Origin: Chrysomallon squamiferum
Taxonomy: Eukaryota; Animalia; Mollusca
NCBI GenBank assembly: GCA_012295275.1
Contig: CM022665.1
Span: 39,680,001 to 39,744,000, forward strand
Direction of reading: 5' to 3'
DNA: 64,000 nucleotides
The position numbers and the translations under genes were made by a program. Shown here in pieces: positions 29,361 through 46,876 of this stretch. The notes below the pieces were generated by a model. The model was not told where the DNA came from. It made no database searches and saw only the letters and a program-made list of their open reading frames with translations. Position 1 is the first letter of the stretch; the number at the start of each line of letters is the position of its first letter.

Positions 29361-30783
29361 ATCAGTCTATCAGTCAATCAATCTATGCATCTTTCTATCT
29401 GTAAGCCTGTCAGTCTATGTATCTATCTGTGTGTCCGTCTGTCTATCTATATGTATCTGTCTGCTGTCTCACCCTCGCTCTGTCTCTCTCTGAATATCTG
29501 TCTCTGTCTCTCTGTCTCTCTGTTTATCTCTGTCTCTTTTTCTTAGGATGTTATTTTGTATTTCTTCCAGAAACACATTAACGTAAAAGCTCCGCTTTTT
29601 TAACAGGATTTATTTTTAAGACACCAAACCACTTACAGCAAAAAACAAATTCATTTTACATTTTTACGAGTAGATGAAGATTGTTGCAAAGTGCTCGTAA
29701 ACATGAACATTTTTTTTTTCTTCTAAATATAAGAAATCCTAAGCGTTTTAATAATTTAATTATATACGCTTGGCTTGTTGAGTTCAAAGTTTGTTATATT
29801 GTTCAAAAGATGTTGAAAAACCGCAATAAAAAAAAAAAAAAAAAAAAAATAATAGAAATAAAAACATCTCGAGTTTAAATGTTTTGTACTGCTTAAACTT
29901 AATTTTTATTTTACATGAAAAGATGTTAAATATAGTTGCTGAAGATGAAAAAAATTAATATTAACCATATAATTCTGAAAAAAAGGTAATAAAAGAAAAG
30001 AAAAAAAAAAAACCACCAAAAAAACAAATACAACACAAAACTTATCATTTTGTCAACCAGAACGTAAGAACAAATTAAAGTAAAAAAAAAGTTTAAAAAT
30101 AAAAAAATTAAAAAGTAATACCGAAATTCAATGATGAAAACAACGATTTTGAAACTAACAACAACAAAACAGTATAGAAATAAAAATGAAATTTAAAATA
30201 AAAAATGATAGTAATAAAAAAAATAATTAAAATAAAACAAAACACAGTAAAACAAACTAAACTAAACTAAAATAATGTAAAATAAAACAAAAAGAAAGAA
30301 ATTTAAAACGAAAAAATCACCCCATAACCAAAAAAAAAAAAAAAACCCCACTCATTTACAAACAAACAAGAAAACAAAAACAAATAAATTAAAACTGTAT
30401 TAAAACGTTTAGCATCTACTCACCAGATTTGCTTTAGACATTGTTCAGAAGTTACCAGTTTTCAACTCCGACTCTTTGCTGTTATTTTCAAAACGACTCA
30501 AAGCGCTGCTTCCCGTGTGCTAAACTCCTAACACTTGTTTCCTCGTCAAGCAGAGTCACACGACTGTATTCAGCTCTGGAGTGCGGCGAGCGACAGTTGT
30601 TTGATCTTCTGAGTATCGCGCGGCTGTGCTTTGTTTTTAATAATTCAAAACGTCACTCGCCGATCCGCAATGCGACACTGCTGCCAACGAGCCGATCGCT
30701 TCTCCGGATTCTTCGATCGCTAGCTCGGCTCGGCCGTGACTTTTCCGATTGCTATAGCTTCGTTCGTTCGGAGCTTTTCCGGA

Positions 30784-31712
30784 TTCTTCGACCGTTACAC
30801 GCCACCGTGACTTTTTTTTTAAAAATTAAAAAAAAAAAAAAAAATTCTTCGACCGTTACACTCTGTCGTGACTTTTTTAATTCTGCGACCGTTACACACT
30901 GCAATGACGCTTTTTAAATTCTACGACCGTTACAACTGCTGTGACGTTTTTTAAATTCTACGCTTGTTACACACTGCCGTAACTTTTTAAAATTCTACGA
31001 CCGTTACACACCACCGTGAATTTTTAAAATTCTACGACCGTTACACACTGCCGTAACTTTTTAAAATTCTACGACCGTTACACACTGCCGTGACTTTTTT
31101 AAATTCTACGACCGTTACACACTGCCGTGACTTTTTAAAATTCTACGACCGTTACACACCACCGTGACTTTTTTAAAATTCTACGACCGTTACACACTGC
31201 CGTAACTTTTTAAAATTCTACGACCGTTACACACCACCGTGACTTTTTAAAATTCTACGACCGTTACACACTGCCGTGACTTTTTAAATTCTACGACCGT
31301 TACACACCACCGTGACTTTTTAAAATTCTACGACCGTTACACACTGCCGTGACTTTTTTAAATTCTACGACCGTTACACACCACCGTGACTTTTTTAAAT
31401 TCTACGACCGTTACACACCGCCGTAACTTTTTTAAATTCTACGGCCGTTACACACTGCCGTGACTTTTTTAAATTCTACGGCCGTTACACACCGCCGTGA
31501 CTTTTTAAAATTCTACAACCGTTACACACCGCCGTGACTTTTTTGAATTCTACGACCGTTACACACTGCAATGACTTTTTTGAATTCTACGACCGTTACA
31601 CAATGCAATGACTATTTTGAATTCTACGACCGTTACACACCGCCGTGACTTTTTAAAATTTTACGACCGTTACACACTGCCGTAACGTTTTAAAATTCTT
31701 CGACCGTTACAC
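30784..31712. repeat. ~37-bp minisatellite, ~25 copies
   Basis: Head-to-tail unit TTCTACGACCGTTACACAC(TG/CA)CCGTGACTTTTT(T/A)AAA with no spacers. Confidence 0.97.
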
Positions 31713-31787
31713 TGGCTAACTGGTGACCCCCTTTTTCTTATGCATTTATTTTCTTATAATCGTTCTCAAAGTTCCCTTTGAATTATA

Positions 31788-31957
31788 TCCCGTTCCAGAC
31801 TGTGGCTGTAATACTTTAGATCTAATTCAGTGGTATGTGCTGTACTGTTTATGGGCAGGTGCATGTAAAAAGATTCCTAGAACACATAAAATGGCGGCAG
31901 AGGATTTCATTTTCTATTTTTGACACGTAGTAGTCATCAGTATTAAAATGTGTTCAT
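31788..31957 (+). mobile_element. Decayed SINE body and tail fragment
   Basis: CCCGTTCCAG...GTGGTATGTGCT...ATTAAAATGTGTT; the first and last motifs occur in the same order in the 13430 copy. Confidence 0.45.
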
Positions 31958-32453
31958 ATATTTTAATACCAGTAATCATTAATGATTTATTTGATCTCAA
32001 AAATCATATCAAAAACGAAACTTAGACCCCATCCCCCCCTTTTTTTTTTCAAATGCCGGATCCGCTCTTGGTTGATTCAGTAATATACGAATTATTTGAC
32101 GTGAATAAAGTGTTGGAAATTCGACGTAAAGAACAGACGTGTACAGAATCCAGTTGAGCATCTCTTGATAGCTGATGCATCAGTTGTAAAATATAATGCC
32201 CAGATTAATACAAATAAAATATAATAAAATATTAACAAGCAGTATTGTATTACGCATCTTTTGATGTGTTTTGTGTATTAAATGCTGATAAAAAAAAAAA
32301 AAAAAAAAAAATAATAATAATAGGGAATAATTAGCTTTACTAGTTCACGATCGAAAAATCAAAGGAATTTGTGTTTTTGTTTTCGTTTGTCATTTTTAAG
32401 AATACCTAGATATTTACATATAATGGCATATAAATATCTATATAATATATCTG

Positions 32454-32613
<160 letters not shown>

Positions 32614-32688
32614 TATCTTTCTCTCTCACTCACATACAGATATGTATATCACTATTTCTATTTTATCTCTTTCCTTCTCTCTGTTGTT

Positions 32689-32790
<102 letters not shown>

Positions 32791-33156
32791 CGCTCGTCAA
32801 TAAACAAAGAAACAAATAAATAAACGAAACGGTTAGTTTTTATAACGGTTCACAGAAAACTGGTGTTTGCAGTTTAATGACGTTGTTTAAACCATCAACC
32901 TCTGTTCACTGTTCATTTGGAAGGTAACAGCTTTCATCCTTTCTATCATTATTCCTTTTTTTAATGTTATCGGAAAGCAGTTTAAGCCGTTGGCTGAAAA
33001 CGAGCATGAAGGAAAAAAAAAAAAAAAAAAAAAAATGAAGGAAATAAAAAGTAGAAGGTAAAACAGTCAAATATTTACGTTTGGAAGAATTAGAAGCAAG
33101 CAATGATTATAACCAAACACTATCGTACAAACGTATGTATAGAAAGAAAGACAGAG

Positions 33157-33261
<105 letters not shown>

Positions 33262-33279
33262 AAAAAAAAAAAAAAACCA

Positions 33280-34970
<1,691 letters not shown>

Positions 34971-36792
34971 TATTTCTCCTTTCATTAAAATGAATATCAA
35001 ACCACAACATACGACTTGTCTCAGTCCATCAGCACTTATTACTGTTTAAAAAAAAAAAAAAGCCTACCCAACAAATAAACGAATAAAACATTATTCCAGC
35101 TCGGATTATATTGTACGATACATTAGCAAATAAGCATATGTACAAATTACTGTAACAGATGCTTGCCGGTTTCAAACCTTAAATGCCTGCCTAATTCCCT
35201 CTGAAATTTGTTTTCTGATACAAATGGATACAATTAGAAACGAAATATATATATATATATATGTATATGTAACAGTTTAGGATGTAAAAATATAATCGCG
35301 CGGCCTATTCAAGGTGCATTGATTTCAAATGGAAAGAGACGAAAGGCTTGAAAGAATTAAGTGAATGTGGACCAACGCCGTTGTTGTGTAATGTGAACAA
35401 TGTAGACCATTACGACGGTGACGTGACATATGTTTCTGTGTGTGTGAGAGTGTGTGTGTGAGAGATCGCTGCAAGACAAAAGAAAGATTTTCTGGAGTAT
35501 TTGAAACTTGGCAGTGAAGTAGTGAGTGGAACAGACAAGCCATTATCAGTGCATTGTTTCGTTGTGTTGTTGTTATCTTTCTTTTGTGTGCGCCTAAGCC
35601 AATTCTGGGTTGTCTGATTTTAATGTGTATCAGTGTGTGCACGTGCGTGCGTGTGCGTGTGTGTAAATGTTTTTGTATATTAGTTTAATATATATATATA
35701 TATAGAGAGAGAGGGAGATTTAGATGCATGCATACATACATTATATATATGCATATGTTACGTACATCACTTACACACATTACATATATACATATATACA
35801 TTCATAGTAAAATATCTGTGTGTGTGTTTATGTATATGTGTGTGTGTGTGTGTGTTCATATTAGCAACAATAATTAAGTTTATGTTTTGCATAACATATT
35901 ACTTAAAATTAATATCTATCTATCTATCTATCTATCTATATCTATCTATCTATCTATCTATCTATATCTATATATCTGAATTGACACACACACACACACA
36001 CACACTGATACAGATTCAATGAGCTATACAGAAACTGAAAATGAATACAAATGTTAAATGTATGAAAATTAGTATTCTAATTCGTCATGTTTTTTTTCAC
36101 TAATGAAATATATGTTGTTGTTTTTTTTTGTTTTTGTTTTAGCTTCATTTCATCTCAAAATAAACTAATACCATTTGTCTTCTCGTCATTCTCTGTTGAT
36201 GAGATGCTGATATTTCGTTACGTTTTCAAATTACACCAGCTTCGAAATTTGTATAAATACATTTATTCAGATCTCTTTTCTTCTGTCATTTTTCTGATTA
36301 TCCAAGTATTTCGCTTTTGGTCTTCGGTTAATAATAATAATAATAATAATAATAAAGGTTTTATTCGTTTTTGTTATTAATTAAACAAAATGGATACAGC
36401 GATGACATCTGATTTTGTTTGTCTATTGTGACTTCACGCGATTTATCATCACAATAGAACAATTGATTTTGTTACGTAAATGGGGTCTTCGCGTTGTGGT
36501 TAAAAAAAAAAAAAAAAAAAATAAAAATTAAAAATTAAAAAAAAATTATTTTGTGTTTTGTAATATGGAGATTTCTTTCGTCGAAACAGTAACACGTGGA
36601 AGATTAATTTGGTTGTTAGAAAGAAAAAAAAAAAGAAACAGGAATGAGCAAAGCTGGACATTTTGTAGCAGTTTGTTGAGGAAATGATGAGTAAAAAACA
36701 TAGCGAAACAACATAACAGCAGAAGCAATGACGTATAAAATAATAATAAAATAATAATAGTAATTATAAAAATAATAATGACGGTAATGGTG

Positions 36793-36824
<32 letters not shown>

Positions 36825-36955
36825 GATGATGATGGTAATAATAATAATAATAATGATGATGATGATAATAATAATAATTAGGAATAAAGAAGTCTTAAAA
36901 CAATATGTATTCATGTGGATGTAACATTTGAAGAGGCGAAAATAAAACAAAACAA

Positions 36956-37005
<50 letters not shown>

Positions 37006-37582
37006 TGATGATGAGATAATGATGATGAATATTATGATGATGGTGATAATAATAATGATGATAATAATAATAATATTAACAACAACAACAATATAAAATA
37101 TAAATAAATTAAAAAGAAATAAAGTATAATTAAGAGCAATTCATAATGAATATTCATTGCAACTTTGATATAAAAAGAAAGAAAAAAAAGTTATAAACTT
37201 GTATATTCCATATTTTGCTATCATGATATATGAAACATGAGATAAGACATGAAAATTATTATTCCATTACGTAAAATATAAATATTCAAATCCTTTGCGA
37301 CTGATTGTTTAATCATTAAAAGAATAAATAAATAAGTAGAGGCTGAGATGAGATTTTAAATCAACAGACGTTTGTTTGCTTTGATTTTAATCATAAAACA
37401 TATCTCACAGATTACAAAGTGATTTCAGATAACATGCAGTAGTGAGAATAATAAAAAAAAATCCAAAAAAATCACACATATTCGTAGGTCTTATAAAAAA
37501 GAAACTGAAAATACATTCGAGACGAATTAAAATGTTAAATGAAAATGATGATGAAGATGGTAATATTAATTAAATACTACTT

Positions 37583-37644
<62 letters not shown>

Positions 37645-37756
37645 GATGCTGCTGTTGCTGCTATTTCTGCATTGGTAGTAGTAGTAACTTTAAAGTAGCA
37701 GTGAATAGCAATGGTTCCAGTGAAAACTGTAGTCATATTAGCAGTATCAGTAGATA

Positions 37757-38070
37757 CAGGTACCGGACCAGTTATCCGGCGACCTGAAATCCGGAAAGAC
37801 CGGAAGTTTTTTCCCGACGCTATTTTCATAGATCGCGCGCGCGGGTGTTGTCCTCACCAGACCGGAACTGCTCGTTCAAGCCGCGTGGCGTTCATTCACT
37901 CGCCGCATTGTTTACGTGTCGAGTCGCCACAGTTGTGTATTGTCAGTTTTCTTTATGTTTTTAATTTTAAAATGTTTATACCTAATTATTTACGTATTTA
38001 GATGCCTTGGTACCAGAAAACCGGAAAATCCTCAGGCCCCAAGGAGTCCGGATAATTGGTCCGGTACCTG
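37757..38070. mobile_element. Tc1/mariner-pogo-type MITE, 314 bp
   Basis: 23-bp TIRs CAGGTACCGGACCAGTTATCCGG / CCGGATAATTGGTCCGGTACCTG (22/23) with a TA target duplication, inserted in a decayed (AGT)n tract. Confidence 0.9.
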
Positions 38071-38496
38071 TAGTAGCAGCAGTAGAAGTAGTCGCAGTAG
38101 TAGCTGTAGTAATAGTGGTAATGGTAGTAGAAGTAGAAGTACTAGTTATACCAAAAATAGTAGTAGTATAAGTAGTAGGTGTTGTAGTACTAATGTAAGT
38201 GGTATTCGATTATGATTGCTATACTTTTCTTACTGTTGTTATTTTATAGGGTTTTTATTTTTTGCTGCTGTTGTTGTTGTTGTTAATAGTAAAAGAATAA
38301 TTTTGTAAATATAAAAATATTCTGGTGACAGTGTGCGTGAGGAAAAAAGAATCAGTAGATCAATACATAAAAATTATTTTGAAATTGTATAACTTTAACT
38401 TTTTAAGTAATATTTACTCTTGTGATTTATTTAGTTGTTAAAATATTTAATAACGTCTTGGGATGCATCCAGTGCAAATACATAAGCATTGAGGCA

Positions 38497-38536
<40 letters not shown>

Positions 38537-38919
38537 ATATGTGTGTGTGTGTGTGTGTTTATTTATGTATCTATGCATATATTTTATTAATTATTATTAT
38601 TATTATTATTATTATCTTACTTCTTTTTTTTATCTTTTTTTCTTCTTTTTTTTTGCTTATTATGACAGTACATTTATCTTTGACATTTTAATACTCGGTC
38701 GACTGGGGGAAAAAAATGTGTTGTTTGTTACTTCAGAGTAGATCATCTCTCATTGTCAGTTTTTCAAAACACCACGTTTTTTTCCTAATGAGTGGGCATA
38801 ACATGCAGTTTTATTTTACGTGTTTGAAAATTTGGCATTTCTTTAACTGGTTACTTTGTCATCGTAGACTGATTGTTAGAGGTTTATTTTTTTGAGTGTG
38901 TTAGAAAAATGAATATGTC

Positions 38920-38959
<40 letters not shown>

Positions 38960-39419
38960 TGCTTGTTATGTGAGAGCGAGAGAGACAGAGAGAGAAGGAA
39001 AGAGAGAAAAATAAAAATAGATAGTGATATCTGTATATGTGACAGTGAAAGAGAGAAAGAAAGACAAAGAAAGAGAAGAACGAACAGAAAGCGACGGGCA
39101 AACGAATAAAAAGCTAGATAAAAGATTTTGCAGTGAGACATATAAACGGACTAAACACATAAAACAAACTGACAGTCAGATAGACAAACAGATTAGAGAA
39201 ATGAAAATGTCAGAGAGTGAGAAGGAATAACGGACATAAAGACAGGAAGACGAAGAGCAATATAAAAAGAGCAAAAATAAATAAATAAAATAAAATAAAT
39301 AAATGAAAATACAAGTAAAAACGTAACACGAAACAATAGACAGGAAAAATAGTTAGCGATTTAAAAATATACTAAAAATAAATAAATAAATAATAATAAA
39401 ACAATTAAAAACTTTAAAA

Positions 39420-39469
<50 letters not shown>

Positions 39470-39524
39470 GGCCCACAACCCTAAAATAGAACATTTAAAA
39501 ATTCAATGCAAAAATCGCCCCCCC

Positions 39525-39615
<91 letters not shown>

Positions 39616-40225
39616 AAAAAATTAAATTAAATTAAAAATAAATAAACATTCAATAAAGGTAAAAAAAATATCTGTTTAAAAATTAATATATAAAAAAAAA
39701 AACGTATAAACATCACATCAAATCCGTTGGTTGTTTTTTTTTTTTTTTTTTTTTCATGGTTCTATTTTCCCATATTTTTCCGATGAACATTCTGTACGTT
39801 TTGAAAACAGTCGTGGTACTGCGAACAAAAACAAAACCCTTTTTAGCTTCTATTCTCGGGAGATGACAGATGTATCGATCTGTTTTCTAAATAATTTAAA
39901 ACCTCGAAACTTAATACGTGTTCTTTTGTCGTAGGTAATAACACTGAGACGGAGAAACAGTATTTAATATTTAATTATTTATTTACTACAGAAAGTCAAA
40001 AACAAACAAAAGATCACTGATCGATTTATTGATTTATTTATTACTGATCGAATTTATACTGAATTATAAATAAATTTGAAGATGAAAGAAAAAGAAAAAA
40101 AGAAAAGAAACGAAGAGAAAGGTATAAAAAAAAAAAAAGAAAAGAAGAAAAAAGTGGGAAAACGGGTAAATAAATAATGAATGAAAAATAAGCGAAGAGA
40201 AACACATTAACGGCTTTGGTTCAAA

Positions 40226-40259
<34 letters not shown>

Positions 40260-40534
40260 ATGTCAGTAACTTAAACAGATATTTCAGTGTGGAAGGTAGT
40301 AGTAACAGTACAACTAGTAATAGTGATGATGATTTTAACAGTGGTAGTGGTAGTAGTAGTAGTAGTAGTAGTAGTGATGGTGATTTTAATAGTAGTAGTA
40401 GTAGAGGTAGTAGCAGTAGCATTATCATTAGCAATATTAGCGGAGTGTTAGTAGTAGTAGTTGTAAAGGTTGTAGATATAGTATTAATAATGTTAGAACG
40501 ATAGTAGTAGCAGTAGTAGTAGTCGTAGTAGTAG

Positions 40535-40567
<33 letters not shown>

Positions 40568-40676
40568 CAGTAGTAGTATAGTATTAATTGTTGTTGTTGT
40601 TGATTTTGTAGAAAATAGTTCTTTGTCATTAACATTCCTTTACTGGTGTCGATTCGAAGACACACACACACACGCG

Positions 40677-40710
<34 letters not shown>

Positions 40711-40855
40711 AATATGTCTGTATAAGTACACAAACACACACATACCATCACAAAGTGTAGTAATTTGTTTCGCTTGTAAAATATCATAAAAATTCTAAAA
40801 ATTCTGACAGCAAATTTTAGCTTATGAAAGAAAAAATGGGAGAAAATAAATTACA

Positions 40856-40886
<31 letters not shown>

Positions 40887-41805
40887 AGTGTTTTATTGAT
40901 TTGTTTTAGTTTTTTTGTTGTTGTTTTTTTTTCGTTTTTTTTGTTAAAATGTTTTTCCAAAAAAAAAAAAAAAAAAAAAAAACAAAACAAAAAAAATAAG
41001 AACAAGAAATTTTTCGTATTTTTAATTCTTATTTCTGAACATATTTTAATGAAATGTCGTTTTTTGTTTTTTTCCAAATTTATTTCTTGACACTTAAGTC
41101 ACGTGAATATCACGTGTCATCGTAAACCGAAATGTCACGATATGTCGTAATATCACGTGACATATCTCATTAGCATAACTTACTAAGTTCAGCGTTTACA
41201 CAGTCATATATTAAATGAAATACACGTGAGATATGAAAACTTAAAAATATAAAAACCCATGAAGCGCACAAATATGGAAAACCAGTTTATAACAATGAAG
41301 AAAAGAACTCTCCTGATCATTTTGTGGACATCATCTTCACAAATTCTGAAAATAGACGATTAAATAGATAATTAAAGTGGACAGTTATGTACATGCAGTT
41401 TATGAAATTATATAAATAAATAATTCGATAGATTACGAAAACAGATTATTAAACAGGTTACGAAATAACATTCACGCATACATAATTATTTTATTTATGA
41501 TGCATCATTAATAGTGAGAAAAAAAACAACAACATTTTAATTAATTATATTACACAAAATATTTAATTTTAGTTGTAAATAAAATAAATAATAAAAATGA
41601 AACGTAATGCACTTAAGACTTATATACTTAAAGATATACCCAAACCTGCGCAAGCACATACACACATACGCACATACAGACATACACACACACACACACA
41701 CACACACGCACGCATTCATATATATTTTTCAGAAAAGCAAAACAAGAAAACGAAAAGACAAAATTAAAAATAAGAAATGTAAAAAAAAAAAAAATAATAA
41801 TAATA

Positions 41806-41838
<33 letters not shown>

Positions 41839-42436
41839 ATAATAGTAGCAAGGTAATCAGCTTTACAAGAATTTTAAAAAAAAATAGTTGTAGTAGCTGT
41901 CATAGTAACAATACAACTATTAATCACAGAAGAAGTGCAAGTGCACGTAGATTAGCAGTAGTTTTAGTAGTAGTGCTAGTAGTTGAAGTAGTAGCAGTAG
42001 TAGTGGTAGACATAGTGATAGTAGCAGTAGTAATAGTAGTAGTGATAGTAATAAAGGTAACCACGATACAGTAGCAGTTGAGTAAATATTAATAAAGCAG
42101 AAAAGAACAGAGCACAAATCGCAGATGTGTAAGAACTTGAAACGAGGCTGACCTCCATCTTTAGCAAGTTGTGAATAATCTGTATTTCCTTTGTTCTTTA
42201 TGAGTAAAAACGTACCAATAGTCAATAATTTTATTCACCTTCATTTGATAATATTAACCAGCAAAACCACTAATAAGGTAAATTATGGATCAGACTAGAA
42301 TTGACTATACTTCTGTTTACTAATCGTGTGCTTCTTCATTACACGAGAAATAATTAACAAAACAGAACAGGGGAGATTAAATGACATTTTCATGTATTAA
42401 TTAGGCGCAAACGGTCGATTTTGACGTTTTATATAA

Positions 42437-42480
<44 letters not shown>

Positions 42481-42801
42481 CAACAATAATAATAATAATA
42501 TATGTACAAACACACACAGAGAAACACACACACACACACATACACAAAATATCGACGTAAGCGATTAATTCATTGAATACTTTTCATTTCATCTCTGGAA
42601 ACCACGGATATATTTTAAACCTTTCCTTTTTGCTTCTGTTTCAAACGAAAGCGAAAATGTTGTGATGTAAGATTAAACCTTCCAGGTACATGCATCTTAT
42701 GCGTTTTAATGCATAGTTTTTAGTATGCAATGTAATTAATACGTGTAATAATAGAAATATATATATATATATATATATATACTGGTATTATTTTGGCTAC
42801 A

Positions 42802-42868
<67 letters not shown>

Positions 42869-42968
42869 GTGATGATGATGATGAAGTCAAATAAATAAAT
42901 TTATTATTATAGTAATAATAATAATTATTTTTATTCTATGTGTGTGTGTGTCTGTGTGTGTGTGTGTA

Positions 42969-43020
<52 letters not shown>

Positions 43021-43236
43021 TGACAATTATATATTACATCTAAACATCATTTCTGTCGTGCAGGTTAGATTCCAGCGTTCTATAGACACTAACTAGTGAG
43101 GGTTAGTAGACGAAGTCTTTCCACTAAACAAACTAGTCACTGTGCTGTAATCTAACAAAACGACTGACCCCAAAATAATGAGGACGGTCGCTGGCACCCC
43201 CAACAGAACAGAGAGAAAAGTCAGGGGGATCTCTGC

Positions 43237-43280
43237 TCACTTCTTGTCCACGGGGGTCGTTTTGATCATAATGACAAACT
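43237..43280 (-). CDS. Calmodulin gene B, last coding exon with C-terminal extension (EFVIMIKTTPVDKK*)
   Basis: tctatttcAG|AG TTT GTC ATT ATG ATC AAA ACG ACC CCC GTG GAC AAG AAG TGA. The phase-1 junction gives VNYDEFV. Confidence 0.8.
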
Positions 43281-43349
43281 CTGAAATAGAAGCAGAAACC
43301 CCAAACTGGAAACAACACATTTAAAAAGAAAGAAAGAAAGAAAAAAGTC

Positions 43350-43381
<32 letters not shown>

Positions 43382-43472
43382 AAAAAAACGAATAATAATA
43401 ATAATAAAAAGAAAAAAGAAAGGGATATTAAACTGACAAGATGTACTGGATATACGTATTAAGAAAGTGGAT

Positions 43473-43510
<38 letters not shown>

Positions 43511-43780
43511 GTGTGAAGGGTGCCATATTGATCAAAAGCAAAAAAAAGAATATCTAATGATTAATGATAGTTAAAGAATATTTTATAACTCTTAGGCTTA
43601 AGTTTTTTAACACAGTATTTTAAATTAGTACGTTTTAGGTATTCAGTGTTTATTAAAGATTAGAACGGCATATGTCTTTGAGATGCCTGTGAGGTGGATC
43701 GATCAGGCAAACCACAGCATTGATATATGTAGCTTTTTCCTCCATTCTCTTTTACTACATTGCATTTTAAGACTGTGGGA

Positions 43781-44092
43781 TGGTAATAGTAGTAGTAGTA
43801 GTAGTAGTAGCAGTAGTTGTAGTAATAGTGGTAATAGTAGTGGAAGTAGTAGTGGTAATAGTAGTGGAAGTAGTAGTGGTAGTAGTAGTAGTAATAGTAG
43901 TGGAAGTAGTAGTGGTAGTAGTAGTAGTAGTAGTGGTAGTAGTAGTAGCAGTAATAGGGATAGTAGTGGTAGTAATGCTAGTAGAAGTAGTTGTTGTAGT
44001 AATAGTAATAATAGTAGTAATAATGGTAGTTGTAGTAGTAGTTGCAATAGTAGTGTAAATAACTAAATAAATAAATAAATGATAAATTAAAT

Positions 44093-44123
<31 letters not shown>

Positions 44124-44126
44124 TAA

Positions 44127-44190
<64 letters not shown>
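43781..44190. repeat. (AGT)n/(AAT)n compound trinucleotide tract, representative of many in the window
   Basis: Degenerate AGT repeats followed by AAT repeats. Confidence 0.95.
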
Positions 44191-44192
<2 letters not shown>

Positions 44193-44939
44193 TAAAAAGT
44201 TAATAAGAAAGTAAATAAATAAATAAATAAACGAACAAATAAACGAAATATATTAACTCTAATTAATATTATTGTCAAAATGTTACCACATAGTCAGTAA
44301 TCGATCGACATAGATATTCTGTAACAATTAAATGTATAATTAATAAACCAAAATAGCTTAATTTATACGACCCTGATTTAGACTTGCATTAAATCGTTTT
44401 GTGCATAATTATTCTGATTGTACTTTTGTTCTGTTAATGCCCTTACTATTCAGTTATGTCATTATTGTTTCACAAACACACGAAATCTCTTAATCCGCTT
44501 TGACAAATAATAGAGTTAAGAATGCACTTACATGATTACAGAAACCGTGTCACGCATATATTAAAATGTAATAATTAGGTAAAAAAATATAAGGTATTTT
44601 TTATTATGCGACGTTGATGAATTAATGTTAAAATATGTTTAATGGAAAAATATAAGAAAACAAAAACACAAGCAACAGAAAATATTTAGATAAAAAAAGC
44701 GATCGAAAACATAGGCAGTTGAGCTCTAGCAGAAATGGTGGAAAACACATTTTGAAAAACGGAAACAGAAAGATGGAAGGGAAACAACTCCATTGTAAAG
44801 AGATTTTTCAGAAGAAAGATTTCTGTACCATATAGAAGCCATTGGATGGTTGAAAACAAATTTTTGGAAAGAATGCAAAACAGAAATAATTTTAACAAGC
44901 ACGAATTAAACAAACAGGAAAGAAAGAAATTTCATTTTA

Positions 44940-45263
<324 letters not shown>

Positions 45264-45627
45264 TTAATGTTATAAAAGTTTAAACTCGATTTTTTAGAAT
45301 TGCTTGAATTATGAATCATAAGCTAAATTAGATGTGTTAAACGATTGTAATAAAATATGTTGCTGACTGTACCAAACTTTAATAGAGTTAAATTTAAATA
45401 TATCGTTTGGGTTAATTTAAAAATGGATTTATAAATTATATACAAACTTTTCTTTTAGTATCCTATAAATTGCAGTCTGGAACAAATTTTATGATTCATA
45501 TTAAAACTATTAGATTTTCTTTTATTTGTTTAAAGTATTTTTCTTAAAATATACACTTTTCAAATACGTACTTCAAAGAAAAACGTTTTTATGTCTATTT
45601 TATGGAAATACTGTTTAGAAAAAATTA

Positions 45628-45948
<321 letters not shown>

Positions 45949-46475
45949 TTAATTGGTAACGTTAGAGCTGCATGTGTGATATACTCATATTTTCTCATAC
46001 GCTTAACAAAGGTACTAAACAACACACCACATTTCCAGATGTTGGAGATCTGTTATAAATTATTTATAATGTTGGCTACTCTAATAAAATCTTCAACGAG
46101 TATTTCTCATTGTTTAATCCAGAGGTCAAGAGTTCGATAGTCTGTCTATGAAAAAGAGCAAAGTTCATACATCGAAATGAAAACCAATGTTTTGTGAGTT
46201 TTCTAATACAAATTATTTATATTATTATTTTTATTATTTTATCACCGGTAACACATGCCGTTTATATTCTTTTTTTTTTTTTTTTTTTTAAGATATTGTT
46301 TTAAATTAGTAATAGGTTTCCTAATAGCTGGGCGAAAAATAGAAATAAAAATAAATGTTTGTTTATTTGCTGGAAGATTAATTTGATAATTCACTGATTT
46401 GTCGATAAAGACATAAAAACAGAGACAAACAAAAACAGCAGTAACAACACCTCCAGCATCAAGAACAATTAAAAA

Positions 46476-46506
<31 letters not shown>

Positions 46507-46517
46507 CATTAAGGATA

Positions 46518-46609
<92 letters not shown>

Positions 46610-46845
46610 CAATGAATCAATAAAAAATAAATGAATGAATGAATAATCAATAAATTTAAAAAAAAAAAAAAATAATAATAAAAAAAATTAAAAGAGACAA
46701 TAAAAACAAAAAACAAATAAAACAAACTAAGAAACAAACAAGAAAAGAATATAACAACATCAGTTAAAATATCAGCAATGATAATGATGATATTGTTCAC
46801 AACATTTTCAGTGTAATAACTCATTTGTTTTCTAATTATCCTTAC

Positions 46846-46876
46846 CTCCAATTTGTTCCTCGGTTAATTGATCAGC
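46846..46876 (-). CDS. Calmodulin gene B, 31-nt exon 2 (ADQLTEEQIG-E)
   Basis: ttgcAG|GCT GAT CAA TTA ACC GAG GAA CAA ATT GGA G|GTaag. Canonical 31-nt CaM exon 2. Confidence 0.95.

Noticed and set aside
30784-31712. CRISPR-like array of ~37-bp repeats
   Set aside because: Units are head-to-tail with no unique spacers, there are no cas genes, and the context is eukaryotic.
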